The notes under the pieces are model-generated. The model ran no database searches. It was not told the origin of the DNA and saw nothing but the letters and a program-made list of their open reading frames with translations. The translations under genes and the position numbers were made by a program. Below, piece by piece: positions 1 through 9,179 of a stretch of DNA of 64,000 bases (positions are counted from its first letter, which is position 1; each line of letters starts with the position of its first letter). The DNA comes from Myxococcales bacterium. GTDB lineage: Bacteria > Myxococcota_A > Polyangia > Polyangiales > Polyangiaceae. The stretch spans positions 1-64,000 of the forward strand of contig JAYTOU010000033.1 of NCBI GenBank assembly GCA_043747615.1. Reading direction: 5' to 3'.

Positions 1-1
1 A

Positions 2-1120
2 GAAGATCGGCGAGACGATCGCAGCGCTGCTCGTGATGAGCGTGTCGCCGCTGCCGTTCGCATTCACCACCCGCACGGTCATGACGGGCCCGGTCCTTCC
101 GGACCAGTAGGCGAAGTACGCGCCGTCGGGAGACCAGAGGCCTTGAAGCGAGGTGCCGGCAGCGCCGATGGAGGTGATGGCGCCGGTCGCGGTTTGGATG
201 ATCTCGTGAACGGCGGATTCATTTTGGTCGGTGACGTAGACCGCCGTGCCCGTCGGATTCGGCGTGACGTAGGGGTAATAGACGGAGCCAGGCGCGACGA
301 GCTGCACCGGCGAGCCGCTCGGAAGTAACACGGCCGCGACCGTTCGATCGCCGCCAAATCCAGGCGGATCCGTCATGTACACGAGCGTGTTCCCCACGAC
401 CTGGGAGCTCTGGATGATGCCAGTGACGATGGTATGCACGCCGGTTCCGTCGGCGGACGCAGCGGCGAGATGCATGGGCATAGTCGAGACGTCGACGAAA
501 TAGAGGCCGGTGCTGTCGGCGTTGAACTCCGCGCGCGGAACGCCGTTCGTGAATGCGACGGCGGTGCTCAGCTCGTGTGCGCTCGCCGTCCCCGTCGCGC
601 CGATGGTCACCACCGCGAGCGCGCCTTTGTCGAACGACGAGGCCTCGGTGCGCTGAACGAGCACGTGCTTTTCGTCGCCCGCTGCGCGGAGCCCGAGCGC
701 GGCTCCGTTGTCGATCTTGGTCGGCGTGATCCCCGGGTACGCCGGGATCGTTCCGCCCGTGCCGCAGCGCCCGGCCATCCCTCCCCCACCGCACCACTGA
801 GGGCTGACGCACGGCCCGCACGACCCGCCACATCCGTCGTCGCCACAGGTCGCGGCACCGCAATGGAGTACGCAGACCGTACCGCTGTCCGCTATGCCCG
901 CGGCATCCGCGCTTGCGCCATCCTTCGTGGAGCCGTCTTTCGTCGCGCCATCGTGGGCGCCTCCGTCGATCGCTGCCGCATCGTTCTCGCCGGGATCGAT
1001 GGCGCCTGCGTCGTCTCCGGTCTCAGCCGGCGGGGAGGCTGGGTTGGCGGCGACTACGGACGAGCCGCATGCTGCAAGCGCTAGGAGAGAGAGGACCGAC
1101 AGGACGACGTGGCGCTTCAT
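2..1120 (-). CDS. Cys-rich lipoprotein with TolB-like beta-propeller repeats (3' end runs off the window)
   Basis: Not in the ORF track because it is truncated. Read by hand from ATG at 1120: MKRHVVLSVLSLLALAACGSS (lipobox LAAC), D/A/G linker, myxobacterial CGDDGCGGSCGPC repeat, later WSPDG motif. Confidence 0.75.
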   Translation of the reverse strand, partial: MKRHVVLSVLSLLALAACGSSVVAANPASPPAETGDDAGAIDPGENDAAAIDGGAHDGATKDGSTKDGASADAAGIADSGTVCVLHCGAATCGDDGCGGSCGPCVSPQWCGGGGMAGRCGTGGTIPAYPGITPTKIDNGAALGLRAAGDEKHVLVQRTEASSFDKGALAVVTIGATGTASAHELSTAVAFTNGVPRAEFNADSTGLYFVDVSTMPMHLAAASADGTGVHTIVTGIIQSSQVVGNTLVYMTDPPGFGGDRTVAAVLLPSGSPVQLVAPGSVYYPYVTPNPTGTAVYVTDQNESAVHEIIQTATGAITSIGAAGTSLQGLWSPDGAYFAYWSGRTGPVMTVRVVNANGSGDTLITSSAAIVSPIF

Positions 1121-1242
1121 TACGGGGTAGAGCCACTTCGCCACGACTCGTCGCAGCCAAAGTGCGAGAATCGACCCGAGGTCCGCGCGAGGCCTTTCGC
1201 AAACGGATGGACTACTTCGCCCACTCCGCGCTCCTTGAACGC

Positions 1243-2223
1243 CTACTTCTCCCTCGCAACGTCAGGTAGGCCCCACACAACCGCTGCCGTAATGACCGTC
1301 GACTGCGAGCAGTCCAGTTCCGCTGCTTTGCGCTCGACTTCAAGAGCCATCCAGCTCGGCATGATTAGAAATACGGATTTTTTGTCGGTGAGCCTTTTCG
1401 TGGTCGGCGCGAATGGCGGCTTGGGAAGCTCAGAGCTGGACCTGGTCTTCTGAATGCGGTCGCGAGCTCGGATGTACGCCTTCTGCATCACGGCGGACAT
1501 GGACCCATTGAGCTTGATCGAAAGATCGAGGATCTCGTTTACGAGGCGTTCGGGCAGGTAGCGATTTCCCTCGATGCGGAAATCCTCGAACGGACTCCCG
1601 TCCACAAGCTCACCATTGCGAAGGGTTTCAGTGTCTGGCCACAAGGGCATCACGAGCTTGTTTTCCACCACCTCTCGTTCGCCCGCGGACAACGCGGTGT
1701 CGCTCGCGTCTTCGCCTCTCACGGGCGCCAATACCTTCATCACGCGTTCGGCCTCAGCGGAGCTACGGACCATCCGTCTAGACAGGGGGTCTTTCAGCGC
1801 GTCCGGTTTCATGATCGCGAGGTGACCATCGATGGACGCGAGTATCGCGGCGTCCTCACCGTGATGCTCGACCTTGAGCCAGAACGCTGCTCTGGGCTCT
1901 TCTCTCGCAACTTTCGCTGCAATCCCCAGTAGCCCATCCCATCCCCAGGGGGACCTTCGAATGAGCCACAAACGCGCACGTTCGAGGTCCGTCTTCGTGG
2001 GGTCGACCGAGGTGAAGTCCATCAGTGCGGCTGCGACATCGACTTCGTCCGTCCGCGAAAGCGAGATTTCATCGTCCGTTATCGTCGTTTTGTCCGCGCT
2101 CGGAACTGTTGCTGTAGCCGTCGTTGAAGGACGCGATGTCGAGGAGCTGTCGGAATCACCCTCGTTACAGTTCGCACACCCTGTCATGGTGGAGAGAGCG
2201 ACGACGAGCCACTTCGCCGTCAT
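1243..2223 (-). CDS. Hypothetical lipoprotein-like protein with two C-terminal ribbon-helix-helix-like (TIGR04563-like) repeats
   Basis: Start MTAKWLVVALSTMTGC overlaps the upstream stop (ATGA). C-terminus has YLPERLVNEILDLSIKLNGSMSAVMQKAYIRARDRI and KKSVFLIMPSWMALEVERKAAELDCSQSTVITAAV. Confidence 0.65.
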   Translation of the reverse strand: MTAKWLVVALSTMTGCANCNEGDSDSSSTSRPSTTATATVPSADKTTITDDEISLSRTDEVDVAAALMDFTSVDPTKTDLERARLWLIRRSPWGWDGLLGIAAKVAREEPRAAFWLKVEHHGEDAAILASIDGHLAIMKPDALKDPLSRRMVRSSAEAERVMKVLAPVRGEDASDTALSAGEREVVENKLVMPLWPDTETLRNGELVDGSPFEDFRIEGNRYLPERLVNEILDLSIKLNGSMSAVMQKAYIRARDRIQKTRSSSELPKPPFAPTTKRLTDKKSVFLIMPSWMALEVERKAAELDCSQSTVITAAVVWGLPDVAREK

Positions 2224-2513
2224 GCGCGCCAAAGCTCTCGCCGAACGAGGTAGGCCAGCGCGCCCATCGAGCCGAGGTTGAGGGTCATGGCCATGAACGG
2301 CCACGCTGCGGTCTTTCGCTCACGCGCGTCCCGCCAAAGCCACACGGAGAACGCGACGTAGAGGATGATAAGATCGAGAAACATTTGAAGCGCCCACGGC
2401 TCGCGACCGACGAGCGCAAACAGACCGCCGAACCCGCGGGTCATAATGACGTCGATTGAGAAGACGCCGTACGGGACGAACACGATGAGGAGCAACGCGA
2501 CGCGGCGGTTCAT
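2220..2513 (-). CDS. DUF2834-like small membrane protein
   Basis: 97 aa, three hydrophobic helices, DL..(F)..WLWRDAR..WPF...GS.G.L.YL pattern. Confidence 0.75.
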   Translation of the reverse strand: MNRRVALLLIVFVPYGVFSIDVIMTRGFGGLFALVGREPWALQMFLDLIILYVAFSVWLWRDARERKTAAWPFMAMTLNLGSMGALAYLVRRELWRA

Positions 2514-2654
2514 GCGTGCACGTTAGAGTTGCACGGTCGGCCGAACAACCCACCGTGCGGGGTGACGCTTGCGTTCAGCGCACCCAGCCGGTGCCCGCGT
2601 AGTAGCCAGGCTGGAAGTGGCCGACTCCGTTGAACCAGAAACCGTTGTCAGGGC

Positions 2655-2904
2655 CGCGGTCGCAGTCTCGATGGCATTCGGGCCAGTCGCGGGGCTCGAG
2701 CTCGTCGATGCGCTCGTCGCGGAGCCCGCTCTGCGCGCCTACCACCTGCTCCCGAGCGTTCGAGGTGATCTGCTCGCCAAGCTCGGCCGCAACGATCAAG
2801 CCCGCAAGGAGTTCGAGCGCGCGGCTCTCTTGGCGCAAAATAGCCGCGAACGCGAGCTGCTTCTTGCCCGAGCGAAGGCGTGCGAATCGCGGGGAAGATC
2901 CTGA
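2655..2904 (+). pseudogene. C-terminal remnant of an ECF42-type (TPR/DUF6596-extended) RNA polymerase sigma factor
   Basis: AVAVSMAFGPVAGLELVDALVAEPALRAYHLLPSVRGDLLAKLGR..EFERAALLAQNSRERELLLARA matches the C-terminal extension of these sigma factors. Sigma2/sigma4 regions are absent upstream. Confidence 0.75.
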
Positions 2905-3093
2905 CGCGCGTCCTTTTCCCGATCGGCCCACCCGCCCGTCGGTCTTCGGAACGTCTCTCCGAGGGGCGGCTGTTACCTCGGGGTCCGACGCGCGAGCACG
3001 CGGTTGAGGGTTGAAATCGACCTCGCCGACCACGTGGAGAATTCCGTTGCGCATCACCCCGAAATCGAGCCAATTTAAAGCCACTTCGTTCCC

Positions 3094-3109
3094 GTACTGG
3101 CGCCGGTAC
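3094..3109. promoter_or_regulatory. 16-bp near-perfect palindrome GTACTGGCGCCGGTAC upstream of the 3159 gene; possible operator
   Basis: One mismatched pair, about 50 bp before the ATG, within a locally AT-richer intergenic stretch. Confidence 0.35.
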
Positions 3110-3158
3110 AAGAACGTGTACCTTGCACCCAACTGCGCCCCTCCCTAGTCTTCGACCC

Positions 3159-3869
3159 ATGGCAAAGCCCAGGTTCAAGCCCCCCGCGCGGCCGTCCGCG
3201 CTCGTACGCGCCGAGCATGGCGGTGCGTCCGTTTACCTGAGCGCCGCCGAGAAACGCGTCTTCAGCGAGGCCCTCCTGCTCGGCGCCGATCTCGCGGACG
3301 AGGTCGAGGCCAAGGTCTCGGCCTACGGTCGCTGGCTGCTCGACGTCGTCTTCGCCAACGACGCCGCCGCTGCGCTCGACGACAAATCGAAGAACCCCGT
3401 CTGGCAGGAGCTCGTTCGCCGCGCGGGCGGGCCGAGTCTCCGCATCGGGAAGCGCATGCTCTACATCGCGGTGCGCGTCGCGGCCTACGACAAGCGGATC
3501 AGCGATCAGACGTGGCGCGGCCTCGATAGCGGTCGCAAGGAGCTCCTCCTTCCACTCCGCGAAGATCGCCGCCTCCGCGACGCCGCGCAGCACGTAACGA
3601 AATTCAATCTCACGCAGACGAAGACGAGCGCATACGTGAGTGAGCTGCTCGCCGAGACAGGGCAAGCGCCGGAGGTGCGCCTGACCGGCCCTCTCCTCCT
3701 GGGGCGCATGAAGAAGATCCGAGAGGCCCTCGGCGGCGCGGTGGTCCTGAAGAAGGTCCGCGCACTCCAGGGTGATCTCGATCCGCAAGGGCGGCAGGCC
3801 CTCGTGAGCGAGATCGAAAAGGTGCGCGAAGTGCTCTCGGCGATCGCCCGCGAAGTGAAAAGACGCTGA
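3159..3869 (+). CDS. Hypothetical helical protein, possibly ParB-HTH/DUF1016-N-like DNA-binding protein
   Basis: Host-like codon usage, TAGTCT 7 nt before ATG. Segment RMLYIAVRVA..LDSGRKELLLPL..AAQHVTKFNLTQ resembles ParB/YhcG helical modules; function is inference. Confidence 0.7.
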   Translation: MAKPRFKPPARPSALVRAEHGGASVYLSAAEKRVFSEALLLGADLADEVEAKVSAYGRWLLDVVFANDAAAALDDKSKNPVWQELVRRAGGPSLRIGKRMLYIAVRVAAYDKRISDQTWRGLDSGRKELLLPLREDRRLRDAAQHVTKFNLTQTKTSAYVSELLAETGQAPEVRLTGPLLLGRMKKIREALGGAVVLKKVRALQGDLDPQGRQALVSEIEKVREVLSAIAREVKRR

Positions 3870-3876
3870 GAGTGCG

Positions 3877-4584
3877 CTACGCGTTTGGCTTCGTCCATTC
3901 CATGATCACGAAGTAAGGCGCCTTCAGATAGCGGCGGATTTTCTCCGGTGGGCCACCGTGCGGTCTGGGCTCCGAGAAATGCCGCAAGTGCAGTCCGGCA
4001 TCCAAGAAGCCCTTCATGTACGTCTCGAGTGGTCGGTGCCAGTTCCTGATGCTGATGTCGCCCCACTTCACCTGGCTCGAGTGCTCGTCGAGGTAGCCTG
4101 CATGCTTCTCGGCACCGCGCGGCCGCCTCCCTCCGAACACCATGCCAGCCGTCGTGAAGCCCGTCAGATTGGCCACGAGAAGCGCGCCGCCGGGTCGAAG
4201 TACGCGCGCCATCTCCGGGAGCGCCGTGCCCAGCTCCGCAATGTCGATCAAGGACAGGTAGCTCACCACTAGATCGAAGCGCTGGTCCTCGAAGTCGAGC
4301 TTCTCCGCCATTCCAAGGCGGTAGTCGCCCATGGGATCAAGCGCGATCGCGCGCGCCACCAGGGCCTCGGTGGGATCGATGCCGACGGTGCGGATGCCGA
4401 GCGGCTGGAGCATTCGACAGAAGCGTCCTTCGCCACATCCCACGTCGAGCGCGGCTGCGTGCGCGCGTAGCCTGACTCGTTCCAGCATGGGCTGGTCGAG
4501 CACGAAGCGGCGGCCGAAGTCGCCGAGCTCTCCCACCGCCGCGATCCACGCCGCCGCGGACTCGTTCCATCCACTCGAAACCAT
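3877..4584 (-). CDS. Class I SAM-dependent methyltransferase
   Basis: LDVGCGEGR motif I, FDLVVS, LRPGG, WHRPL..Y motif. Confidence 0.9.
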   Translation of the reverse strand: MVSSGWNESAAAWIAAVGELGDFGRRFVLDQPMLERVRLRAHAAALDVGCGEGRFCRMLQPLGIRTVGIDPTEALVARAIALDPMGDYRLGMAEKLDFEDQRFDLVVSYLSLIDIAELGTALPEMARVLRPGGALLVANLTGFTTAGMVFGGRRPRGAEKHAGYLDEHSSQVKWGDISIRNWHRPLETYMKGFLDAGLHLRHFSEPRPHGGPPEKIRRYLKAPYFVIMEWTKPNA

Positions 4585-4818
4585 CGACGACGACGTACGC
4601 CACCGCTCCGACCTTCACAAGTGGTGCAGGTCGTTCTCACGTCCGAGCTGCGACCGCACCCGGAAGATCGCTCCTCCGGCGTCGAAGGCAGCAGCCCGCA
4701 GCGCTCGAGGCGCCCCGCAAGTACGACGAGGTCACGATGCGGGCCGCGCTCGTCGCGGATCGCGATCTGCGCGCCGAGCTTCGTGTGGCTCGCGAAAGAC
4801 GAGGACGCCGGCCACGCC

Positions 4819-5685
4819 TCAGGGCAGCGCGTCGGCGCAGCAGCGAAAGCCGATCCCGATGTATTTCGCGCTCACGACGTCGATGCCGCTGTGGAGCGAG
4901 CAGTCGGCCTTGGCGCTCATCCAGCTTCCGCCGCGGTGTCCGAAGTAGGTGGCCGCGCCTGCGTCGTTCCGCTCGACGGCGTCGTAGAACTCGTCGACCC
5001 CGCCGACCATGTCGTGCAGCCCGGGGTACCCGCCCACGCACCCACTCCAGCTCGCGACGGGTCCGGGCGAAGCGTCGGGATTGGCCCCGCCGTCGGGGAA
5101 GCCGTCGTCGCACGTTCCCGGGATGTCGGTGTCGCCGTACGGCAGCGCCTGACGTCCACCGCGCGAGCAGGCGAAGTACGCCTCGTCGTGAGCTGCCGTC
5201 GCTTGCTCCGTCGTGGTGAGAGAGGGGCCTCCGCCGATGCGTCCACAGAGGCGCTTTCCTGCGTAGCGGCAGTAGGCCCAGGCATCGCACCACGAGATGT
5301 TTCGAGCAGGAAAATCAGCCGGATCGGCGACTGGGGGCGCGCCGAAGACCGGCATCGGCGGGCAGAAGGACGGGAGCTGCAAGAGGACCGCGCGCGCGGC
5401 GGCCGATTGCACGAAGGCCTCGTACTGCGCGTGGGTGACCTCGGTCGCGTCGATGCAGAAGTTTGCGATGCCGTCGCGAACGTGAATCCCAATGGGTCCC
5501 GCGGTACCGGGACACGCGCTCGGTTTCGAGGTCTCGCCCGCGTCTCCTGCGTCACCCGGCGGGGTGGCGTCCTGCGCGCTTCCGTCTCTCGCTCCGTCCG
5601 CGGAGGCGTCGTCCGCAGTCCCGAACGCGTCGTTGCCGCAGCCGAAAAGCGCCAGCCCTGCGCAAAGAAAAAACACGCGGCTCAT
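4819..5685 (-). CDS. Formylglycine-generating-enzyme (SUMF1/EgtB/PvdO) domain lipoprotein
   Basis: Lipobox LFGC; IDATEVTHAQY, SWCDAWAYC..AGKRLC, GLHDMVG.V.EF, RGGSW, IGFRCC. Confidence 0.85.
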   Translation of the reverse strand: MSRVFFLCAGLALFGCGNDAFGTADDASADGARDGSAQDATPPGDAGDAGETSKPSACPGTAGPIGIHVRDGIANFCIDATEVTHAQYEAFVQSAAARAVLLQLPSFCPPMPVFGAPPVADPADFPARNISWCDAWAYCRYAGKRLCGRIGGGPSLTTTEQATAAHDEAYFACSRGGRQALPYGDTDIPGTCDDGFPDGGANPDASPGPVASWSGCVGGYPGLHDMVGGVDEFYDAVERNDAGAATYFGHRGGSWMSAKADCSLHSGIDVVSAKYIGIGFRCCADALP

Positions 5686-5802
5686 CGAACGATCTTAGCA
5701 GGACTCGAGCAACGATGTGGCGGGGCATCGCGAGCGCACGGGTGGGTGCGCGCTGACGGCAAGGATCGTGTAGAAATCGAGCACGAGGAGCAGCACACCA
5801 AG

Positions 5803-6279
5803 ATGACGCCGAAGAACACCATCTGCATTTGGTTCGACAAGGACGCACACGAGGCGGCCCTCTTCTACGCCGCTACCTTCCCGAACAGCAAAGTGACCGC
5901 CGTTCACAAGGCGCCGGGCGACTACCCAAGCGGCAAGGAAGGCGACGTGCTCACGGTGGAGTTCACCGTGCTCGGTATTCCATGTCTCGGTCTGAATGGC
6001 GGCCCGCAGTTCACGCAGAGCGAGGCGTTCTCGTTCCAAATCGCCACCGACAATCAGGAAGAAACCGACCGCTACTGGAAAGCTATCGTCGGCAATGGCG
6101 GGAAGGAAAGTGAGTGTGGCTGGTGCAAAGACCGCTGGGGCCTGTCCTGGCAAATCACCCCGCGTACCCTCACCGACGCCCTGGCTGCCGGCGGCGCCGA
6201 GGCAAAGCGCGCGTTGTCGGCCATGATGTCGATGAAGAAGATCGACGTTGCCGCGATCGACGCAGCACGCCGCGGGTAA
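5803..6279 (+). CDS. VOC family / PhnB-like (3-demethylubiquinone-9 3-methyltransferase family) protein
   Basis: MTPKNTICIWFD..LNGGPQF..EAFSFQI..CGWCKDRWGLSWQI..MKKIDVA; GAGGAG RBS before ATG 5803. Confidence 0.92.
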   Translation: MTPKNTICIWFDKDAHEAALFYAATFPNSKVTAVHKAPGDYPSGKEGDVLTVEFTVLGIPCLGLNGGPQFTQSEAFSFQIATDNQEETDRYWKAIVGNGGKESECGWCKDRWGLSWQITPRTLTDALAAGGAEAKRALSAMMSMKKIDVAAIDAARRG

Positions 6280-6382
6280 CCCCGATGATTTAGGCGCGCA
6301 TTCGAGCGAGCATCGCGGCCTACGTCGGGGGGGCGGGAGAGCGAGCACTCCCATGGTGGGAGCGACGAGACTAGCGCGCGAG

Positions 6383-6901
6383 CTAGCGCGATGGTGCGGT
6401 GGATTCAGACTCGAAACCGAGAACATCCCAGTCGACGCCGTCGAGCGTGACGCGGGTCCTCGCGACCTGCCCTTCCACGCGCGCACCGACGGCGCGCGAC
6501 CAGAAGCTCATCGCCGGCGTGTTCGCATGACGCACGCGAATCTCCCACGGCCCCGGGAAGGCGTCGAAGAGGGCGTGAGCGGTGACCACGCCGATTCCTT
6601 TACGGCGCTCTCCGCGAACGACGAAGAACTCGGCGACATCCATGACGTCGCTTGCCCCGGTGATCCGCGAGCCGCGCCGAACGAGCGCGAACCCCGCGAG
6701 CCGTCCGCCGTTGCATCGAATGAAGTACGGAAAGTGGGCGTCGTCCGTCCACCAGCGACCGCCCGGATCGACCTCGAACCGGCCACTGGCCTTCAGCTCG
6801 AGCGGCACGTGCTCGCTGAAGTCGTGCGCATAGAGCTCGAAGAGATTGCGAAGGATCGGCGCGTCTGCCTTCGCGACGGGTTCGAGGATCGAGAGGGCCA
6901 C
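6383..6901 (-). CDS. GNAT family N-acetyltransferase
   Basis: LRNLFELYAHDFSE, AGFALV, AEFFV..RRKGIG, N.PA..FW motifs. Start (GTG 6901) is uncertain. Confidence 0.85.
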   Translation of the reverse strand: MALSILEPVAKADAPILRNLFELYAHDFSEHVPLELKASGRFEVDPGGRWWTDDAHFPYFIRCNGGRLAGFALVRRGSRITGASDVMDVAEFFVVRGERRKGIGVVTAHALFDAFPGPWEIRVRHANTPAMSFWSRAVGARVEGQVARTRVTLDGVDWDVLGFESESTAPSR

Positions 6902-6980
6902 GACGACAGGACGGTAGCATGACGGGCGTTGATCGCTGCCGTCAGGACTCTCGCGTTGTCGTCGGCCGGCGTATCCTGCC

Positions 6981-7174
6981 ATGTCGAACGTACTCGCCAT
7001 CATCAGCAAAGCAGTGTTCGAGAAGATCGTGCCGAAGACCGTCGGCGTCGGCGACGTCGAGCTGAAGCTGACCGCGCGACTCGCAAGCACCTGGGCAAGC
7101 CGAGATACCACGCCCTCTCCGAACGCTTCGAGGCGCTGAAGGAGCGGCACGAGCGCCGCCTCCTCAATAGCATC
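6981..7174 (+). pseudogene. Chimeric remnant: N-terminus of a hypothetical protein joined to a frameshifted type I restriction HsdR C-terminal fragment
   Basis: MSNVLAIISKAVFEKIVPKTVGVG then DVELKLTARL / (frameshift) RKHLGKPRYHALSERFEALKERHERRLLNSI, resembling HsdR EIKxxxRLRKHxGNPKxKALSERLExLKERHEQGxLxS. Confidence 0.55.
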
Positions 7175-7216
7175 GCCCGCGCGCGAGCTAGGGCGCAGCT
7201 TGCGCGCGATCGACCC

Positions 7217-8815
7217 TCACGGCAGCCCCACGGTCACCGCCTGCTGGCGCGCGCGCGCCCAAAAGAGCTGGTACTCGTCGCGCTCGGTCTGGACGGTGAT
7301 TGGGGTGGGGGCGAACGACTGCTCGGGTAGGACGCCGCGCGATCCGTTGAGCGCGTCGCTCGGGAACCAGAACGGGTTGTTGGTGGGGCTCGTCGTCTTG
7401 TTCGCGTAGTTGCCGGGCGCGTTGATCCAGCCCGCGTAGTTTCCATCCATCAGGTTCGCGTGAAACGCCGTCGCGTACTGCTTCCAGAGGTACCCGCCGA
7501 CGTTGTTGGCCCAGATGACCGTCCCGTCCTCGAGGACGCCGGCGCTGAGGATCCGGTTGTCGTGGGCGTGGACGTTCGATCCGCCGGCGATCCCGATCCC
7601 GCAGTTGGTGGTCCCGATGACGATGTTGCTCGCGATGTCCGTGTGCCCGTTCAGCGCCTCGTTGCCGCCGGGATCCGCGCCGTCGCTGATGATGCCGCAC
7701 CCGGCGTACGCGCCGCCCCCTTCGCCGCCCGGGCCCGCGGGCTTGCCGGGCTCGGTCGCGTACCCGCCGTACACGACGTTGTCGTGCACGAGGATGGGCG
7801 CGGCGGCGGTGCCGGACGACTCGTAGATGTTGACGATGTCCTCCGAGAACCCGATCGATGGCTCCTGCGAGATCTCGTTCCAGCCGACGTCTGCCGCGGC
7901 GCACGAGGAGACGGCGTTCAGCTGGACGGCGTGCGCGACGCCGCCGGCGGTGGAGCGGAGCGGCTTGTAGGTGCCGTCGGCGTTGGTCTGGCGCCCCTGC
8001 ACGTTGCGCATTCGATTGAAGCGGACCGCGACCTTCTTTTGCGCGCCGTCGAGCTGCCCGTCGACGTAGGCGACGAAGAGCCACGACTCGGCGTAGCTGT
8101 GCTCGACCACCACGGAGCTCGGCTTGCCTGCAGTGACGAACTTCCCGTTCGCCGAGTCTTGCTTCAACGGATGGAGGCCCCAGCCGCGCGTCGCCCGCAC
8201 CTCGACCTCGGCGCCCGCCCCCACCTCGATCCCGTTTCCCATCGACGCGACGCGGGCGTCCTCCACGATCACCCCCTTCACGTTCGCCGCGATCTGCACG
8301 GCCGACCGGGACGGATCGAGCGAGCGCCAGTTGCCGGTGTACACGCCGGGGGCGGTGATCGTGACCGGCGCGCTCCAGGCCCGCGCGGGCTGGACGCCGT
8401 CGACGGCGAGGACGAGCTGCTCCGCGCCGGCGACCACCGCGTAGACCCGGTAGTAGACGTGGATCCCGTCGTAGACGTAGCGATCGGACATCGTCCGCTG
8501 CCCGGGCGCCGCGCGGTCCACCATCACCCGCGGAGGGTCGGTGGCGTTTCGCATGGAGTAGAGGCGGTATTCGGTCACCGTTCCCCCTGCGAAGGCCGGG
8601 TACGTCACGATGAAACGATCTCCGTCGTTGCGGAGGGTTGGGACGTCGGGGGGCGCCGCGTCCGCGCCAGGCGCGCCGTCGGGTTCGATTCCGCCCCCGT
8701 CTCGCGCGCCGGGGCCCGCTTCCGGCGCCACCGGTGAAGCGGAGTTGCCCCCGTCCCCGCTGCAGGCCGCGAGGACCGCGATCAGACACGACCCGGCTGC
8801 GAGCTTCTTCGTCAT
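7217..8815 (-). CDS. Secreted lipoprotein with right-handed parallel beta-helix (pectin lyase-like) domain
   Basis: Lipobox LAAC; ITAPGVYTGNWRS, EDIVNIYESSGT, HDNVVYG, GCGIISDG, N.GIGIAGGSNVHAHDNRI repeats. Confidence 0.8.
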   Translation of the reverse strand: MTKKLAAGSCLIAVLAACSGDGGNSASPVAPEAGPGARDGGGIEPDGAPGADAAPPDVPTLRNDGDRFIVTYPAFAGGTVTEYRLYSMRNATDPPRVMVDRAAPGQRTMSDRYVYDGIHVYYRVYAVVAGAEQLVLAVDGVQPARAWSAPVTITAPGVYTGNWRSLDPSRSAVQIAANVKGVIVEDARVASMGNGIEVGAGAEVEVRATRGWGLHPLKQDSANGKFVTAGKPSSVVVEHSYAESWLFVAYVDGQLDGAQKKVAVRFNRMRNVQGRQTNADGTYKPLRSTAGGVAHAVQLNAVSSCAAADVGWNEISQEPSIGFSEDIVNIYESSGTAAAPILVHDNVVYGGYATEPGKPAGPGGEGGGAYAGCGIISDGADPGGNEALNGHTDIASNIVIGTTNCGIGIAGGSNVHAHDNRILSAGVLEDGTVIWANNVGGYLWKQYATAFHANLMDGNYAGWINAPGNYANKTTSPTNNPFWFPSDALNGSRGVLPEQSFAPTPITVQTERDEYQLFWARARQQAVTVGLP

Positions 8816-9179
8816 GAGAGGCGACCTCGGCGTTGACCGCAGCGTACCACGGAGAACGACGGCCGCGCCGCGAGGTCATCCCCGGCAGACGCCTGCTCTT
8901 GGCCTCAAAGGAACGAGGCGGCGCACTCCGGGCAGCGCCTCGTCTCGCGGAGGCGCTGCATCCCTTTCACGATCCGGGCGCGCCAGCGCGGGCAGCGAAC
9001 GGAGATCGCGAGGGCGGCCACGAACGACGCCGCCGCCGCGGGGAGGATGACGAGCGCGTACCTGCGCGTCACGAAGGCGAGCAGCATGCCGGTCCCCGAG
9101 GATCGCCGCTGACGCCTGCGCGCCTCACGTCGCGGTCCGGAAGCTCGTTCTGCGCTTCCGTCCAGGGTCGAGGGCAACG

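Noticed and set aside
4621..5802. Apparent 394-aa N-terminal extension of the VOC protein
   Set aside because: It overlaps the FGE-domain gene on the opposite strand; the real start at 5803 has an RBS.
6347..6362. Small hairpin CTCCCA-TGG-TGGGAG between convergent genes
   Set aside because: Short stem with no U-tract; cannot be called a terminator.
8905..9177. Short ORF with a TM helix and CxxC end
   Set aside because: No convincing start or family match; possibly a remnant, too weak to annotate.
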